Below, in pieces: positions 9,488-20,486 of a stretch of 64,000 nt of DNA (positions within the stretch are counted from its first letter, which is position 1; each line of letters opens with the position of its first letter). Source of the DNA: Cyanobium sp. CZS48M (GTDB lineage: Bacteria; Cyanobacteriota; Cyanobacteriia; PCC-6307; Cyanobiaceae); contig JAUCZK010000010.1 in the NCBI GenBank assembly GCA_030373145.1, forward strand, positions 3,679-67,678, written 5' to 3'. Position numbers and translations under genes: made by a program. Under the pieces are notes generated by a model. It was given only the letters and a program-made list of their open reading frames with translations, was not told where the DNA came from and did not search any database.

Positions 9488-10150
9488 TCACCACAGCCAG
9501 GGCAGCAGACGCACACTGCTGGCCTGATAGGTCTCAAAGTTGTCGTAACGGCTGAGCATCGATGACTCCTTGGCCTGGATTCGAGCCAGATAGAGCAGTG
9601 CCACGCTCAGGGGCAAGCTCCAGGCCCAGAGCGAGCCGGCAATCACAGCGAAACTGGAGTAACGCATCAGATCCCCGAGGTAGTTCACGTGTCGCACCCG
9701 GCGCCAGATGCCGGTGGACACCAGCGAGGCTCCCATGGCCTTGGCCGTCATTTTCTGCACATCGGCAGCCGTGTTGATCAAGCTGCCCAGGATGTAAAGA
9801 ACAAGACCGAGGGCGATGGTCATTGCACTGATCGGCTGCGGGTTGGCCATGGCCAGCCAACCGGGTACGGCATAGAACACACCCACGTAGAGCAACAGGG
9901 CGAGCAGGGTGAGCACGCCGATGCGCTCGGTGAACAGCTGCTGGGCCCGCTCCGGGAACAGCGCCTGCTCCAGCAACCACCAAAAGCAATAGGTGAGATG
10001 CAGGCTCAGGTATATCGCCACCCTCACGCTCGGTGAACCTGCGACCAGCGCTGGGATCAGCAACAGCACCATCGTGAGCAGCTTGGCCAGGTTCAGGCCC
10101 TGCATCTGGCTGATCAAACCTGGAGATGCGGTGCCTGGGGTCTTGGCCAT
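9488..10150 (-). CDS. DUF1295 / steroid 5-alpha-reductase-like membrane protein
   Basis: Multi-TM; ADVQK..AK, TGIWRRVRHVNYLGDLMRY. Confidence 0.75.
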   Translation of the reverse strand: MAKTPGTASPGLISQMQGLNLAKLLTMVLLLIPALVAGSPSVRVAIYLSLHLTYCFWWLLEQALFPERAQQLFTERIGVLTLLALLLYVGVFYAVPGWLAMANPQPISAMTIALGLVLYILGSLINTAADVQKMTAKAMGASLVSTGIWRRVRHVNYLGDLMRYSSFAVIAGSLWAWSLPLSVALLYLARIQAKESSMLSRYDNFETYQASSVRLLPWLW

Positions 10151-10218
10151 AGGGCCCATCAGCTGCAGGGTGGGGCGGCGACCCTAGGGGATAGAAGGCC
10201 ACCAACCAGCCTTTCGGC

Positions 10219-10722
10219 TCAGAGCCTGGGGGTGGAGCAGGCCTCCTTCAGCAGCAGGGTTTCGAAGGTGGCCTGGGGCTTCTCCCAGCCCTTCCAGGCC
10301 ATCGCCGCGCCGGTGACGTTGATCTGGCCGGCCTTGCAATGGACCGAGAGATACATCATCTGGCCCTTGGCATTGCGGCTGCGGGTCACCAGGCTGCCGT
10401 CCATCAGCTGCCAGCTGGACCAGTCGATCGAGAGCGGGCCGTAGGCGCGCCAATCGGCCGCCATGGCCGGCTGCGCCGGCAGGGCCAGAGACAGCATCCA
10501 CCCCGGCAGGGGGCCAGAGGCCGTGGGGCCGGCCGGGGGTTGCGGGCGGAGTCTTGGATCAGGGGCTGGCGCCAGCAGCATGCGCACGATCACCACCGCC
10601 AGATTGACGGCGATCAGGGCGAAGGCCAGGGCCCCCACCCCAGCCAGAACCCGCAGCCCCAGGGGGCGGGAGGGGGCATGGGCCAGTTCGTGGTCGTCGA
10701 GATCGTCGAGGTTCTGGGGCAT
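10219..10722 (-). CDS. hypothetical protein, possible fusion of a single-TM protein and a secreted protein
   Basis: N-terminal TM, Pro-rich linker, then a second signal-like segment and a WRAYGPLSIDWSSWQ domain. Confidence 0.55.
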   Translation of the reverse strand: MPQNLDDLDDHELAHAPSRPLGLRVLAGVGALAFALIAVNLAVVIVRMLLAPAPDPRLRPQPPAGPTASGPLPGWMLSLALPAQPAMAADWRAYGPLSIDWSSWQLMDGSLVTRSRNAKGQMMYLSVHCKAGQINVTGAAMAWKGWEKPQATFETLLLKEACSTPRL

Positions 10723-10740
10723 TCAGTGGATCGGCGGGGC

Positions 10741-10992
10741 CTAGGGGGCGGGTTTGGCGGCAGGCGGGCTGGTGGTGTACTCAACGCTGCAGCGGTAACG
10801 GAAGCTGTCACCGGGCATCACGATCTGCTGGCAGCGGCTGCCGGTCACCGTGGCGCCCTGGGGAACCTGGCCGGTGGCCGCTTGAAGGGCACTATCCTGG
10901 TCGATGATCGAATCGGCCGTGACGGAGCCAGCGCTGGCGGGAAGCGCTCCCAGCAGCAGGACGGCCGCGAGGCCGCCGAGGGATCGAAGCAT
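10741..10992 (-). CDS. small secreted hypothetical protein
   Basis: Signal peptide; AGSVTADSIIDQDSALQAA...C...C. Confidence 0.6.
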   Translation of the reverse strand: MLRSLGGLAAVLLLGALPASAGSVTADSIIDQDSALQAATGQVPQGATVTGSRCQQIVMPGDSFRYRCSVEYTTSPPAAKPAP

Positions 10993-11036
10993 GGTGGAGA
11001 TCATGGGGATCCGAGGAGAGTGGAATCGGGACCGCC

Positions 11037-11930
11037 TCAGGGTTTGGTCGGCACCTCTTCCTTGAAGTCAACCATCAACTGCATGGTTTCGGTGAACAGC
11101 CCAGTGACGTCCTGGGTGAGGGGCGTTTTGCCCTGGGGGCCGAACCAGCGGTCGAAGATGCCCCGCTCCCTGGGCTGCTGACGCAAAAACCCCTGCATGT
11201 AACGGATCAGGGCCAGGTCCACCACCCGCTGGAAGGAGGAGTTGTTCTGGGGCACCATGCAGGCGATGCCCTCCCGGGAGTAGGTGTCCGCTGACACCTG
11301 GAAGGGAGCCTGGCCGCCCTGACGCTGCAACCAGGCGTAGAGCAGCATGCCGTCGTCGGCGAAGGCATCGATGCGGCCCTGCTGAAGGGCCTCATAGCCC
11401 GCCTGCCTGTCCTTGAGCAGCACCACCGAGGCGGCCGGCTGGCGGCTGGCCACCGCCAGGGCACTGGTGGTGCGTGGCAGGGCACCCACTCTCTTGCCCG
11501 CCAGCGAGTCTGGAGAGGACAGGCCCGATCCCCGGGGCACCAGCAACTGGGTGCCGGTGATGCCGTAACTCACCGAGAAATCCACCTTCTCATCGCGGCT
11601 CCAGGTGAAGCTGCTGGCATCGCAGACCAGGTTCACCGCCCCGGATTCCAGGCTGGAGAGGCGCTGGTCGGTGTCGAGGGGCACCAGCTTCAGCTTGATC
11701 GGGCGGCCGGTCTGGCGCTCGATCTCCTCCCGGATCAGGTTCATCATGTCGATCGAGTAGCCCACCAGCTGCCCCTGCTCGTTCTGGTAGGCGAAGGGGA
11801 AGGCATCCCGGCTGGTGCCCCCCACCAGGACACCCGAGGCCGCCACCGACTCCAGCAGGGAGGTGGCGGAAGCCGGTGCCGCCAGGGCCAGAGCGGCGAG
11901 GAGTTGCAGCAGCGGGAGCAGACGTTTCAC
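11037..11930 (-). CDS. family-3 extracellular solute-binding protein (GrrP-like orphan)
   Basis: PFAY, GYSIDM, VDFSVSY, IDAFADD motifs; signal peptide; no ABC permease or ATPase adjacent. Confidence 0.8.
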   Translation of the reverse strand: MKRLLPLLQLLAALALAAPASATSLLESVAASGVLVGGTSRDAFPFAYQNEQGQLVGYSIDMMNLIREEIERQTGRPIKLKLVPLDTDQRLSSLESGAVNLVCDASSFTWSRDEKVDFSVSYGITGTQLLVPRGSGLSSPDSLAGKRVGALPRTTSALAVASRQPAASVVLLKDRQAGYEALQQGRIDAFADDGMLLYAWLQRQGGQAPFQVSADTYSREGIACMVPQNNSSFQRVVDLALIRYMQGFLRQQPRERGIFDRWFGPQGKTPLTQDVTGLFTETMQLMVDFKEEVPTKP

Positions 11931-11991
11931 CACCAAGACTCGACTCACCAACTGAATTGAACTGGAATCAACATAGTCCAAAGGCCCCAAA

Positions 11992-13056
11992 TCAGAGGGC
12001 CTGAAAGTAAAGACCAGCCGCCAGAATCACGTAGGCGGCCAGCAGCAGCACCCCCTCCAGCCAGTCGGAGCGGCCATCGAGGCTCACCAGATTGCTCACC
12101 AGCACCGCCGTGATCACCGCCACCAGCTCATAGATCTCAAAGCTGAGGTCGAGGGGATGCCCCAGCAGGGGGCCCGCCAGCACCAGCACCGGCACCACCA
12201 GCAGGGCCACCAGCAGGGTGGAGCCCATCGCCACCGACACCGCCAGGTCCATCTGATTGCGGCGGGCCATGGTGATCGCGGTGAGGAATTCCGCCGCTCC
12301 GCCCAGCAGCGGCAGCAGCACCACCCCCGTGAACAGAGCCGTGAGCCCGAGCTGGCTGGTCACGGATTCCACCACGCCAACGAAGATCTCCGACACCAGC
12401 GCCAGGGCGGTGGTGGCCCCGATCAGCACCAGCAGCCAGGGCAGCGGACTGACGGCTGCTTCCCCATCGCGGCACTCCGCCTCCGCCACCTCATAGAGGG
12501 CCCGGTGGGTGCGCAGCGAAAAGATCAGGGTCAGTCCATAGACCAGCAGCAGCACCCAGGCCACGAATCCCGAGAAGGCCTGGGTGCGCTCCGGCGCCGC
12601 CCCTGTAGAGAACACGGCAATGCTGGGAATCAGGATCGCCAGCACCGCCAGGGTCATTGCCGAGCCGTTCACCCGGGCCACCACGGGCTGGAAGCGCTGC
12701 TCGCTGCGCCCCAGCCCGCCGAGAAACATCGAAAGACCGAGGGCCAGCAGGAGGTTGGCCATCACCGTGCCGGTGATGCTGGCCTTGACGATGTCCACCA
12801 GCCCGGCCCGCAGGGCCACCAGGGCAATGATCAGTTCCGAGGCATTACCGAACACCGCATTGAGCAGGGCGCCCAGGGATGGGCCCAAAGCCACGGACAA
12901 CTTCTCCGTGGCCATGCTCAGCCAGATCGCCAGCGGCAGGATCGCCAGCCCCGAGCAGGCGAAGACCACGCTTTCGCCCCAGTGCAGTCGCTCAGCCGCC
13001 CATGAGAGCGGCACCAACACCATCCCAGCCGTGGCGAAGGTCCGTCGGGTGAACAT
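11992..13056 (-). CDS. cax: Ca2+/H+ antiporter (CaCA family)
   Basis: NAVFGNASELII and GGAAEFLTAI alpha repeats; start 13056 or 13080. Confidence 0.9.
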   Translation of the reverse strand: MFTRRTFATAGMVLVPLSWAAERLHWGESVVFACSGLAILPLAIWLSMATEKLSVALGPSLGALLNAVFGNASELIIALVALRAGLVDIVKASITGTVMANLLLALGLSMFLGGLGRSEQRFQPVVARVNGSAMTLAVLAILIPSIAVFSTGAAPERTQAFSGFVAWVLLLVYGLTLIFSLRTHRALYEVAEAECRDGEAAVSPLPWLLVLIGATTALALVSEIFVGVVESVTSQLGLTALFTGVVLLPLLGGAAEFLTAITMARRNQMDLAVSVAMGSTLLVALLVVPVLVLAGPLLGHPLDLSFEIYELVAVITAVLVSNLVSLDGRSDWLEGVLLLAAYVILAAGLYFQAL

Positions 13057-13134
13057 CAGCAGCGATTTGGCTGGGGGCATTCTGTGCCGAACCGGGCCAG
13101 TAGGCTCTGCCGGTCCGGAGAGAATTCCGCAGGG

Positions 13135-14331
13135 ATGGAGATCGCCGGTTTCGCCACCTTCAATATCGCCATCGTGGTGCTGGCGATCGGGCGCTGGTTA
13201 AATCAGCGCTTCACGATGCTGCGCACGTTCAACATTCCCGAGCCCGTGAGCAGCGGCCTGCTGGTGTGCCTGCTGCTGGCCCTGGTGCATGCCGTGAGCG
13301 GGCTGGAGATCAACTTCAACCTGGACACCCGCGACTTTCTTCTCCTCTATTTTTTCGCCACGATCGGCCTCAACGCCGACGTCAAGACCCTGCTGGCCGG
13401 TGGCCGGCCGCTTCTGGTGCTGGTGGTCCTGACCGTGGCCTTCATGATCCTGCAGAACCTGACCGGCGTCGGGGTCGCCAGCCTGCTGGGGTTCTCCCCC
13501 CTCAACGGACTTCTGGGGGGTTCCGTGTCATTGCTGGGGGGCCACGGCACCGCCATCGCCTGGGCACCCCGATTCGCGCGGGAGCACGGCATCGGCAACG
13601 CCATGGAGATCGGCGTGGCCTGCGCCACCCTCGGCCTGGTGCTGGCTTCGCTGATGGGAGGGCCCGTGGCCAGGTTTCTGATCCGCCGCCATCAGCTGCG
13701 CTCCGGTCCCGCCGACGGGCCCACGGAGCGGGCCGACACCCCCACCGATCCCCGGCCGGTGGATTTCTTCAGCCTGCTGCGCACCCTGTTCTGGCTGAAC
13801 ATGAGCCTGGCGCTGGGGGAAGGGCTGCATGAGGCCATTAAGGCCATGGGCAGCAACCTGCCCCTGTTCGTCTGCGCCCTGTTCAGCGCGATCCTGCTCA
13901 CCAACACGGTGCCGCGCCTGATCCCCCGGCTGATCTGGCCGGCCCAGACCCGTTCGCTCGCGCTGATCTCGGAGATCTCCCTGGGGATCTTCCTGACGAT
14001 GTCACTGATGAGCCTGCAGCTCTGGACCATCACCGAGCTGGCCGGAGCGATCCTGATCATCCTGTCCGCCCAGTTCCTGATGGCGGTGCTGTTCTCCGTG
14101 ATGGTGGTGTTCCCCGCCATGGGCGGGGGCTACGACGCCGCGGTGATCTGCTCAGGCTTCGGCGGGTTCTCCCTGGGGGCCACCCCCACCGCCATGGCGA
14201 ACATGGCGGCGGTGACACACCGCTACGGTCCGTCACCCCAGGCCTTCATCATCGTTCCGCTGGTGGCGGGTTTCTTTGTGGACATCAGCAACGCCGTGGT
14301 GATCCAGCGCTTCCTCAACTGGCTGGGCTGA
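13135..14331 (+). CDS. gltS: sodium/glutamate symporter
   Basis: NIPEPV, SLLGGHGTAIAW, LGATPTAMANM motifs. Confidence 0.9.
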   Translation: MEIAGFATFNIAIVVLAIGRWLNQRFTMLRTFNIPEPVSSGLLVCLLLALVHAVSGLEINFNLDTRDFLLLYFFATIGLNADVKTLLAGGRPLLVLVVLTVAFMILQNLTGVGVASLLGFSPLNGLLGGSVSLLGGHGTAIAWAPRFAREHGIGNAMEIGVACATLGLVLASLMGGPVARFLIRRHQLRSGPADGPTERADTPTDPRPVDFFSLLRTLFWLNMSLALGEGLHEAIKAMGSNLPLFVCALFSAILLTNTVPRLIPRLIWPAQTRSLALISEISLGIFLTMSLMSLQLWTITELAGAILIILSAQFLMAVLFSVMVVFPAMGGGYDAAVICSGFGGFSLGATPTAMANMAAVTHRYGPSPQAFIIVPLVAGFFVDISNAVVIQRFLNWLG

Positions 14332-14345
14332 AGCCGGTAAGGTGA

Positions 14346-15374
<1,029 letters not shown>

Positions 15375-15389
15375 GGGGCTGGCGGATGC

Positions 15390-15638
15390 GTGGATCTGCG
15401 GTTGATTGAGCCCTGCAGGTCCCCTGCACCGCACCCCTCGATGGAGTTCCCCACCCTTTTGGTCAGGCTCGTGAGCCGCCCGCCCGGCCATGACCGGGCC
15501 CTGGTGCTGCGCAACCGCCAGGGCCGTGTCACCGGGGGGTACCACAACGCCAGGCTGCTCGACCCGGAGCAGACCAAGGCGCTGATGGCCGACCATCACT
15601 GGGATGTGGTGCCCGGCATGGACGCCAGACGGGGCTGA
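15390..15638 (+). CDS. small hypothetical protein
   Basis: Follows gap closely; alternative start at 15441. Confidence 0.45.
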   Translation: MDLRLIEPCRSPAPHPSMEFPTLLVRLVSRPPGHDRALVLRNRQGRVTGGYHNARLLDPEQTKALMADHHWDVVPGMDARRG

Positions 15639-15642
15639 TGCC

Positions 15643-18384
15643 TCAGCTCTGCAGCGAGCGCATCAGGCTCTGGAGGTGGCGGCTCTCCAATTGCAGCACC
15701 CGCCGGGCAAAATCGGGGTCACGCTCCAGCACCGCATCGAAGCCATCCACGGGCACCGCCAGCAGCCGTGTCCCCTCCTCTTGGGCCACGATCGTGTTCT
15801 CCGAGGCGCTGTGGCTGAGCACCTCCAGCTCATCGAGCACCTGGCCGGGGAGCAACGGCTCCAGGCGAAGGCCGTCGGCCTCCTGGTAGCGAACCGCCGC
15901 CCGCCCCGCGATCAGCAGCAGCAATTCGCGGCAGGTGTCACCGGTTTCGGTGATCAGCTCACCGGCAGCGAAGTGGCGCAGCTCCGAGGCCGCCGCCAGC
16001 TGCTCCAGGCTGGCGTGGCTGGTGCCGCGGAAAAAATCGCTGGCCGCCAGGTGGACACGCATCTCCAGCTCCGGCAGTTCGTGCAGCTCGGGCACGGGCG
16101 ACGTGGGGTGACCCACCGCCTGGAGCACCTCCCCCAGGGGTACGGGCGCGGCGGCGGCATCGAGGCCACTGGCCAGGAGGCGGGCGCGGTTGGGATCGAG
16201 CCGCGCCAGCAGGAACAGGGCGGCGGCCCGCAGCAGCGGTGTGCGCTCCTGCAGCAGATCCTCCAGGCTGGAGAGGGTGTCGGCGAGGGGACAGGCCGGC
16301 GGCTCATCCGCGGCGCCCGGCAGCGGCTGCAACAGCAGCGCAAGCACCGGCCCCGAGAGTTGCCGCTTCCAGTTCCCTTCCAGCAACAGCTGGTGCAGAT
16401 TCAGCGGCCGCAGGGCCTGGAGCCTGGCGGCCCACTCCAGGGCCTGGGGCTGTTCTTTCAGCTCAGAGAGCACGCCGAGCATGGCGCGCACGCTCAGGTC
16501 CTGACGCTGGAGCAGGGACTCGGCGAGCAGGTCACGCACCAGCGGCTGATCGGCCAGCTGTGGCTGCAGCAGGTTCAGGCGTGAACGCCGCAGTTCGGAG
16601 AAGCGGGGCAGCATCGCCTCCAGCTTCTGCAGGGCCGAGGTGCTGGGGGCCAGACCCTCAAGCACGCTGGCCGCTTCATCCGGGCTGATCGAGTACTGGT
16701 TGCGCAGGCTGCGGATCACCTCGGGATCGGCCTGACGGCTCTTGAGCAGCATCAGCCGTTCCAGGGATTTGGTGTAGCCGCTGAGGCGCACCTGATCCTC
16801 GAGGCTGCGGCGACCGTCGGGATCCAGCAGATCGGGGTTCTCCACCCCCACCGATTCGAGCAGCAGGCTGTGTTCCTCATCGCTGATGCCGATCTCCCGC
16901 CGCATCTGGCTGAGCACTTCCAGGCTGCTGGAGGCATTGGCGTAGCCCTCCTGCAGGGCCTCCCGCACCACCTCCTTGTAGACCTGCTGGCGCTTCTCAC
17001 GGGTGAAGCCCGGCAGCACCTTGGCGAGCACATAGACCTCATGGGGACTGAGGTCGGCCAGCTGGCGGCCATCGAGGTAGCGCCCCACATCAAGATCGAG
17101 CTTCTCCAGCTGGCGGCGGAAGCGGCTGGCCAGGTTCTCGCGCTGATGCAGGTCGGAGCTGCGCTCCCAGGAGCGGTAGAGCCAGAGGCTGCTCACCGAC
17201 ACCACCACAGCATCGAAGAGGGTCTGTACCCAGGCGGGCAGCAGCAGCAGCAGCGGCCTGCCGGAGAAGAGAAAGAAGAAGTTGAACACCAGAAACGTGG
17301 CCAGCACGAAGATCTGATGCCGTCCGAAGCGGCCGCTGCGCTCGATCCAGCGGCCCAACACCACCCCCAGCCAGGTGAACAGTCCCAGCACCAGCGGCAC
17401 CGCCACCAGCCGGGGCACATTCAGGCTCTGGCCGAACAGAAACAGCCCGGGCCGCAACAACAGCGACAACTGATCGCTCTGGCGTAGCCAGGCACCGGAG
17501 AAGTAATAGTCCCAGCTGCCGGCATAGAGGTAGTAGTAGAGGAAATAGCCAACCACCAGGCCCACATAGGCATAGCGCTCGAAGCTGAACTCGCGGCTGC
17601 TCAATCGCGTCCAGTACATGCGCTCGGCGTCGATGTCGATGCAGGGCTGCTGGCAGGCCACGCAGGCGCTCTGTTCACTGCCGTCGGGCAAGACGGTGCG
17701 GCACATCGACTGGGTGATCGGTGTCTCGCTCAGGTGGGCCTTGCTGCCGAGCAGGCCCGCCGGGGTGGAGTAGGCGCTCTGCACCGGCGCCATCGGGCAG
17801 AAGTACTGGCACCAGGCCTTGCCGCCATAGAGCCAGCCCACGCTGATGGCGGCGGCAATGGTGAACAGCATCCAGCCGGCCAGCACCAGCCGGTCGGCAT
17901 TGAAGAAGAGGATCCGCCCGCAGAGGCCCACGAACAACCAGCCGAACTGGAGCTGGGAGTAGTGACGAGCCAGCCAGGAGTCATCGGGCACCTTGGCCAG
18001 CTGCTGGCGGCGTTCGCCGGTGCGAGGGTTGACCTTGGTGCGCTGGCGCTGCTGGCCCAGGGCCCGGGGGATCTGGGAGAGGAAGGAGAGGGGGCAGATG
18101 CGGCGCCAGAGCTCGTGGCCAAACACCAGGAGGATCAGCACCGCCGCCGGCACCACGGCGCCCCAGAACAGCGTGGTGCCCAGGGGATAAGGGGCCTCGC
18201 TGAGGCAGGCGCCCTGCACCTGAACGCAGGTGTCGGGCAGGCGCAGGGGGCTCCAGGGGTGATCCGCCTCGGTGAAGCGGGGCGTCCAGGGGTCGTAGAA
18301 GAGCGAGGCGATGATCAGCAGCCAGGCGCTGGTGAGAATCCAGCGGATGCCATGCATCCGTGCCTCAGACACCTCAAAGGCCAT
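15643..18384 (-). CDS. membrane 4Fe-4S-binding (NapH/NosR-like) protein with C-terminal cyclic-nucleotide-binding domain
   Basis: WRRICP, WCQYFCP, CVACQQPC; multiple TM segments; C-terminal LITETGD...LLLIAGRA...GQVLDELEVL...ENTIVA. Confidence 0.8.
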   Translation of the reverse strand: MAFEVSEARMHGIRWILTSAWLLIIASLFYDPWTPRFTEADHPWSPLRLPDTCVQVQGACLSEAPYPLGTTLFWGAVVPAAVLILLVFGHELWRRICPLSFLSQIPRALGQQRQRTKVNPRTGERRQQLAKVPDDSWLARHYSQLQFGWLFVGLCGRILFFNADRLVLAGWMLFTIAAAISVGWLYGGKAWCQYFCPMAPVQSAYSTPAGLLGSKAHLSETPITQSMCRTVLPDGSEQSACVACQQPCIDIDAERMYWTRLSSREFSFERYAYVGLVVGYFLYYYLYAGSWDYYFSGAWLRQSDQLSLLLRPGLFLFGQSLNVPRLVAVPLVLGLFTWLGVVLGRWIERSGRFGRHQIFVLATFLVFNFFFLFSGRPLLLLLPAWVQTLFDAVVVSVSSLWLYRSWERSSDLHQRENLASRFRRQLEKLDLDVGRYLDGRQLADLSPHEVYVLAKVLPGFTREKRQQVYKEVVREALQEGYANASSSLEVLSQMRREIGISDEEHSLLLESVGVENPDLLDPDGRRSLEDQVRLSGYTKSLERLMLLKSRQADPEVIRSLRNQYSISPDEAASVLEGLAPSTSALQKLEAMLPRFSELRRSRLNLLQPQLADQPLVRDLLAESLLQRQDLSVRAMLGVLSELKEQPQALEWAARLQALRPLNLHQLLLEGNWKRQLSGPVLALLLQPLPGAADEPPACPLADTLSSLEDLLQERTPLLRAAALFLLARLDPNRARLLASGLDAAAAPVPLGEVLQAVGHPTSPVPELHELPELEMRVHLAASDFFRGTSHASLEQLAAASELRHFAAGELITETGDTCRELLLLIAGRAAVRYQEADGLRLEPLLPGQVLDELEVLSHSASENTIVAQEEGTRLLAVPVDGFDAVLERDPDFARRVLQLESRHLQSLMRSLQS

Positions 18385-18424
18385 CAGGCGGCGCCACACT
18401 GGCGCGAACCCTAGAGGGACCGCC

Positions 18425-19162
18425 CTGACCCTGCCTGCCTTCCGCCGCTGCCGCGTCCTGACGGCCGTTCTGGGTCTGGCGCTGGTGGCCCTGCCGCCGC
18501 TGCTTCCCCGTGCCCTGGCCCAACCCGCGGCGGCCACGATCCCCCTGCCGGAGCCCCAGGGCCAGACCCTGCTGCTGCAGAGCAACGACCGCGCCGACTA
18601 CGGCCCGCTGGCCGAGCAGTTCATCACCCAGGCCAACCTGGCCTACTGCGGCGTGGCCAGCATGGTGATGGTGCTCAACAGCCTGGCGGTGCCGGCACCG
18701 GCGGCGGCGGGCTACGGCAGCTACCGCTTCTGGACCCAGGAGAATGTGTTCGAGGCCGCCGCCACCCGGGCGGTGCTCAGCCCCGAGCTGGTGGCCCGCC
18801 AGGGGATGACCCTGCAGGAACTGCGGGGGCTGCTGGCCAGCCTTGGAGTGCAGGCCCGGGCCATCCACGGCGATCGCCTCAACCTGGCCCAGTTCCGCCT
18901 GCTGCTGCGCAACAACCTCAGCCAGGCCAGCGATCGCCTGCTGGTGAACTACGACCGCAAGGCCCTCGGCCAGGCCGGCGGCGGCCACATCTCCCCTGTG
19001 GCCGCGTACCACGCCGCCAGCGATCGGGTGCTGATCCTGGATGTGGCCCGCTACCGCTACCCATCAGTGTGGGTGCCCCTGGCGGATCTCTGGCAGGCGA
19101 TCCGCACCACCGACAGCAGCTCCGGCCGCAGTCGCGGCGTGGTGGTGGTGCGACGGATCTGA
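18425..19162 (+). CDS. phytochelatin synthase-like (papain-fold) periplasmic protein
   Basis: AYCGVAS (Cys), GGHISP (His), ILDVARY (Asp); signal peptide; start uncertain (ORF opens at 18311). Confidence 0.88.
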   Translation: MTLPAFRRCRVLTAVLGLALVALPPLLPRALAQPAAATIPLPEPQGQTLLLQSNDRADYGPLAEQFITQANLAYCGVASMVMVLNSLAVPAPAAAGYGSYRFWTQENVFEAAATRAVLSPELVARQGMTLQELRGLLASLGVQARAIHGDRLNLAQFRLLLRNNLSQASDRLLVNYDRKALGQAGGGHISPVAAYHAASDRVLILDVARYRYPSVWVPLADLWQAIRTTDSSSGRSRGVVVVRRI

Positions 19163-19259
19163 GGGCAGTACAACGCCTCTATCTGCATCGCCACGGTCCG
19201 TGGCGAGTAGGCCTGTGCTGCGCTCGATCGCCCCTGCCCGCTGCCGGCTGAACCCGGCG

Positions 19260-20024
19260 ATGCTGGTGCTCACCGTGCTGGGCGGACTCTGCGCTGCCGC
19301 CCTGATCCACGCGCGGCCAGCCATCGCCGTGCCGCTGATCCCCGACTCGGCCAGCGGAGCGGGGTCTGAAGACGAGACCTGGACTGAGGCCATTCGACAA
19401 CCGTCAGCTGTGATTCCCCCAGCGGCAGCTCGTCTGGCGCCGCTTGATCTGGCCCCCGCGTCTCCTGTTGCGCCCCCCATTCCCGAGCGGCCGGCAACGG
19501 TTCCCCCCGTGGTTGCCGTGGGAGATCTTGCACTCGAAGGGCAACCGCCGGGGGCTGGCGAGGCTGCCGCGAGGCCACCGGAGCCGTTGCATTACCCCCT
19601 GGCCCGCCCCGCCAGCGAACAGGACCCCTGGGGCTGGCGTTATGCGAGCGCCCGCGGAGCCTGGCGCATGCACACCGGAGTGGATCTGATCGCGCCAGAG
19701 GGCACCGCCGTGCTGGCCGTGAACGGTGGCCGGGTGCAGCGGGTCGATGTGATTTCGGGCTATGGCCTCACGGTGCTGATCGACCACGGTGCCGGCTGGT
19801 CGAGCCTCTACGCCCACCTGCTGGAGGCCAGCGTGAGCCCTGGCGAGAGCCTGCGGGCCGGGCAGCCCCTGGGTCTGGTGGGCCAGAGCGGCAATGCCAG
19901 CGGTCCCCACCTGCACCTGGAACTGCGCCAACGGCAGCCTCAGGGGCTGGTGGCGGTGGACCCCACACCGCTGCTGCCCGCGCCTCCCTCCGTTGGGCCC
20001 ATCGCTGGCGACCTGCGCCCCTGA
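19260..20024 (+). CDS. M23 family metallopeptidase
   Basis: MHTGVD (HxxxD), YAHL, GPHLHLE. Confidence 0.88.
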   Translation: MLVLTVLGGLCAAALIHARPAIAVPLIPDSASGAGSEDETWTEAIRQPSAVIPPAAARLAPLDLAPASPVAPPIPERPATVPPVVAVGDLALEGQPPGAGEAAARPPEPLHYPLARPASEQDPWGWRYASARGAWRMHTGVDLIAPEGTAVLAVNGGRVQRVDVISGYGLTVLIDHGAGWSSLYAHLLEASVSPGESLRAGQPLGLVGQSGNASGPHLHLELRQRQPQGLVAVDPTPLLPAPPSVGPIAGDLRP

Positions 20025-20036
20025 GCGCTGCTGGGT

Positions 20037-20054
20037 TGGGGTCATGGGACCCCA
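20037..20054. terminator. GC hairpin after the M23 gene at the left island edge
   Basis: TGGGGTC-ATGG-GACCCCA, 7-bp stem; no clear U-tract. Confidence 0.3.
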
Positions 20055-20139
20055 TCACCCGCAAGGCATGTGTCTGTTAAGCACCATGATTCGCCTTTAG
20101 GATGCCATCAGGCAACACAACTGCCACTTCCCACTGCTG

Positions 20140-20484
20140 ATGACCAAGGCCAGTCTCATCGTTCGTCATCCCCCGGCGGCACTGGAGCAGAGCCTGGAGC
20201 GCCTGGGCCGGAACATCCGCACGGCCCGGCTGCGGCGCCGCTGGCGACTGGAGGATGTGGCCGAGCGCATGGGGGTGACGCGCTTCACGGTGGCCGATGT
20301 GGAGAGAGGCAAGCCCGGCACCTCCGTGGCGGCCTATCTGGGGGCGCTCTGGGTCCTGGGGTTACTGGATCAGATGGCCGAGGTGGCCGATCCGGATCGC
20401 GATGAGGAGGGCAAGGCCCTGGAGGGGGCCCGCAGCCCGAAGCAGGCACCTCGCCGGCACCGCCGTCTCGATGACGACTTCTGA
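20140..20484 (+). CDS. XRE-family HTH protein, HipB-like antitoxin
   Basis: LGRNIRTARLRRRWRLEDVAERMGVTRFTVADVERG; 2 bp upstream of a HipA-like gene. Confidence 0.85.
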   Translation: MTKASLIVRHPPAALEQSLERLGRNIRTARLRRRWRLEDVAERMGVTRFTVADVERGKPGTSVAAYLGALWVLGLLDQMAEVADPDRDEEGKALEGARSPKQAPRRHRRLDDDF

Positions 20485-20486
20485 CC

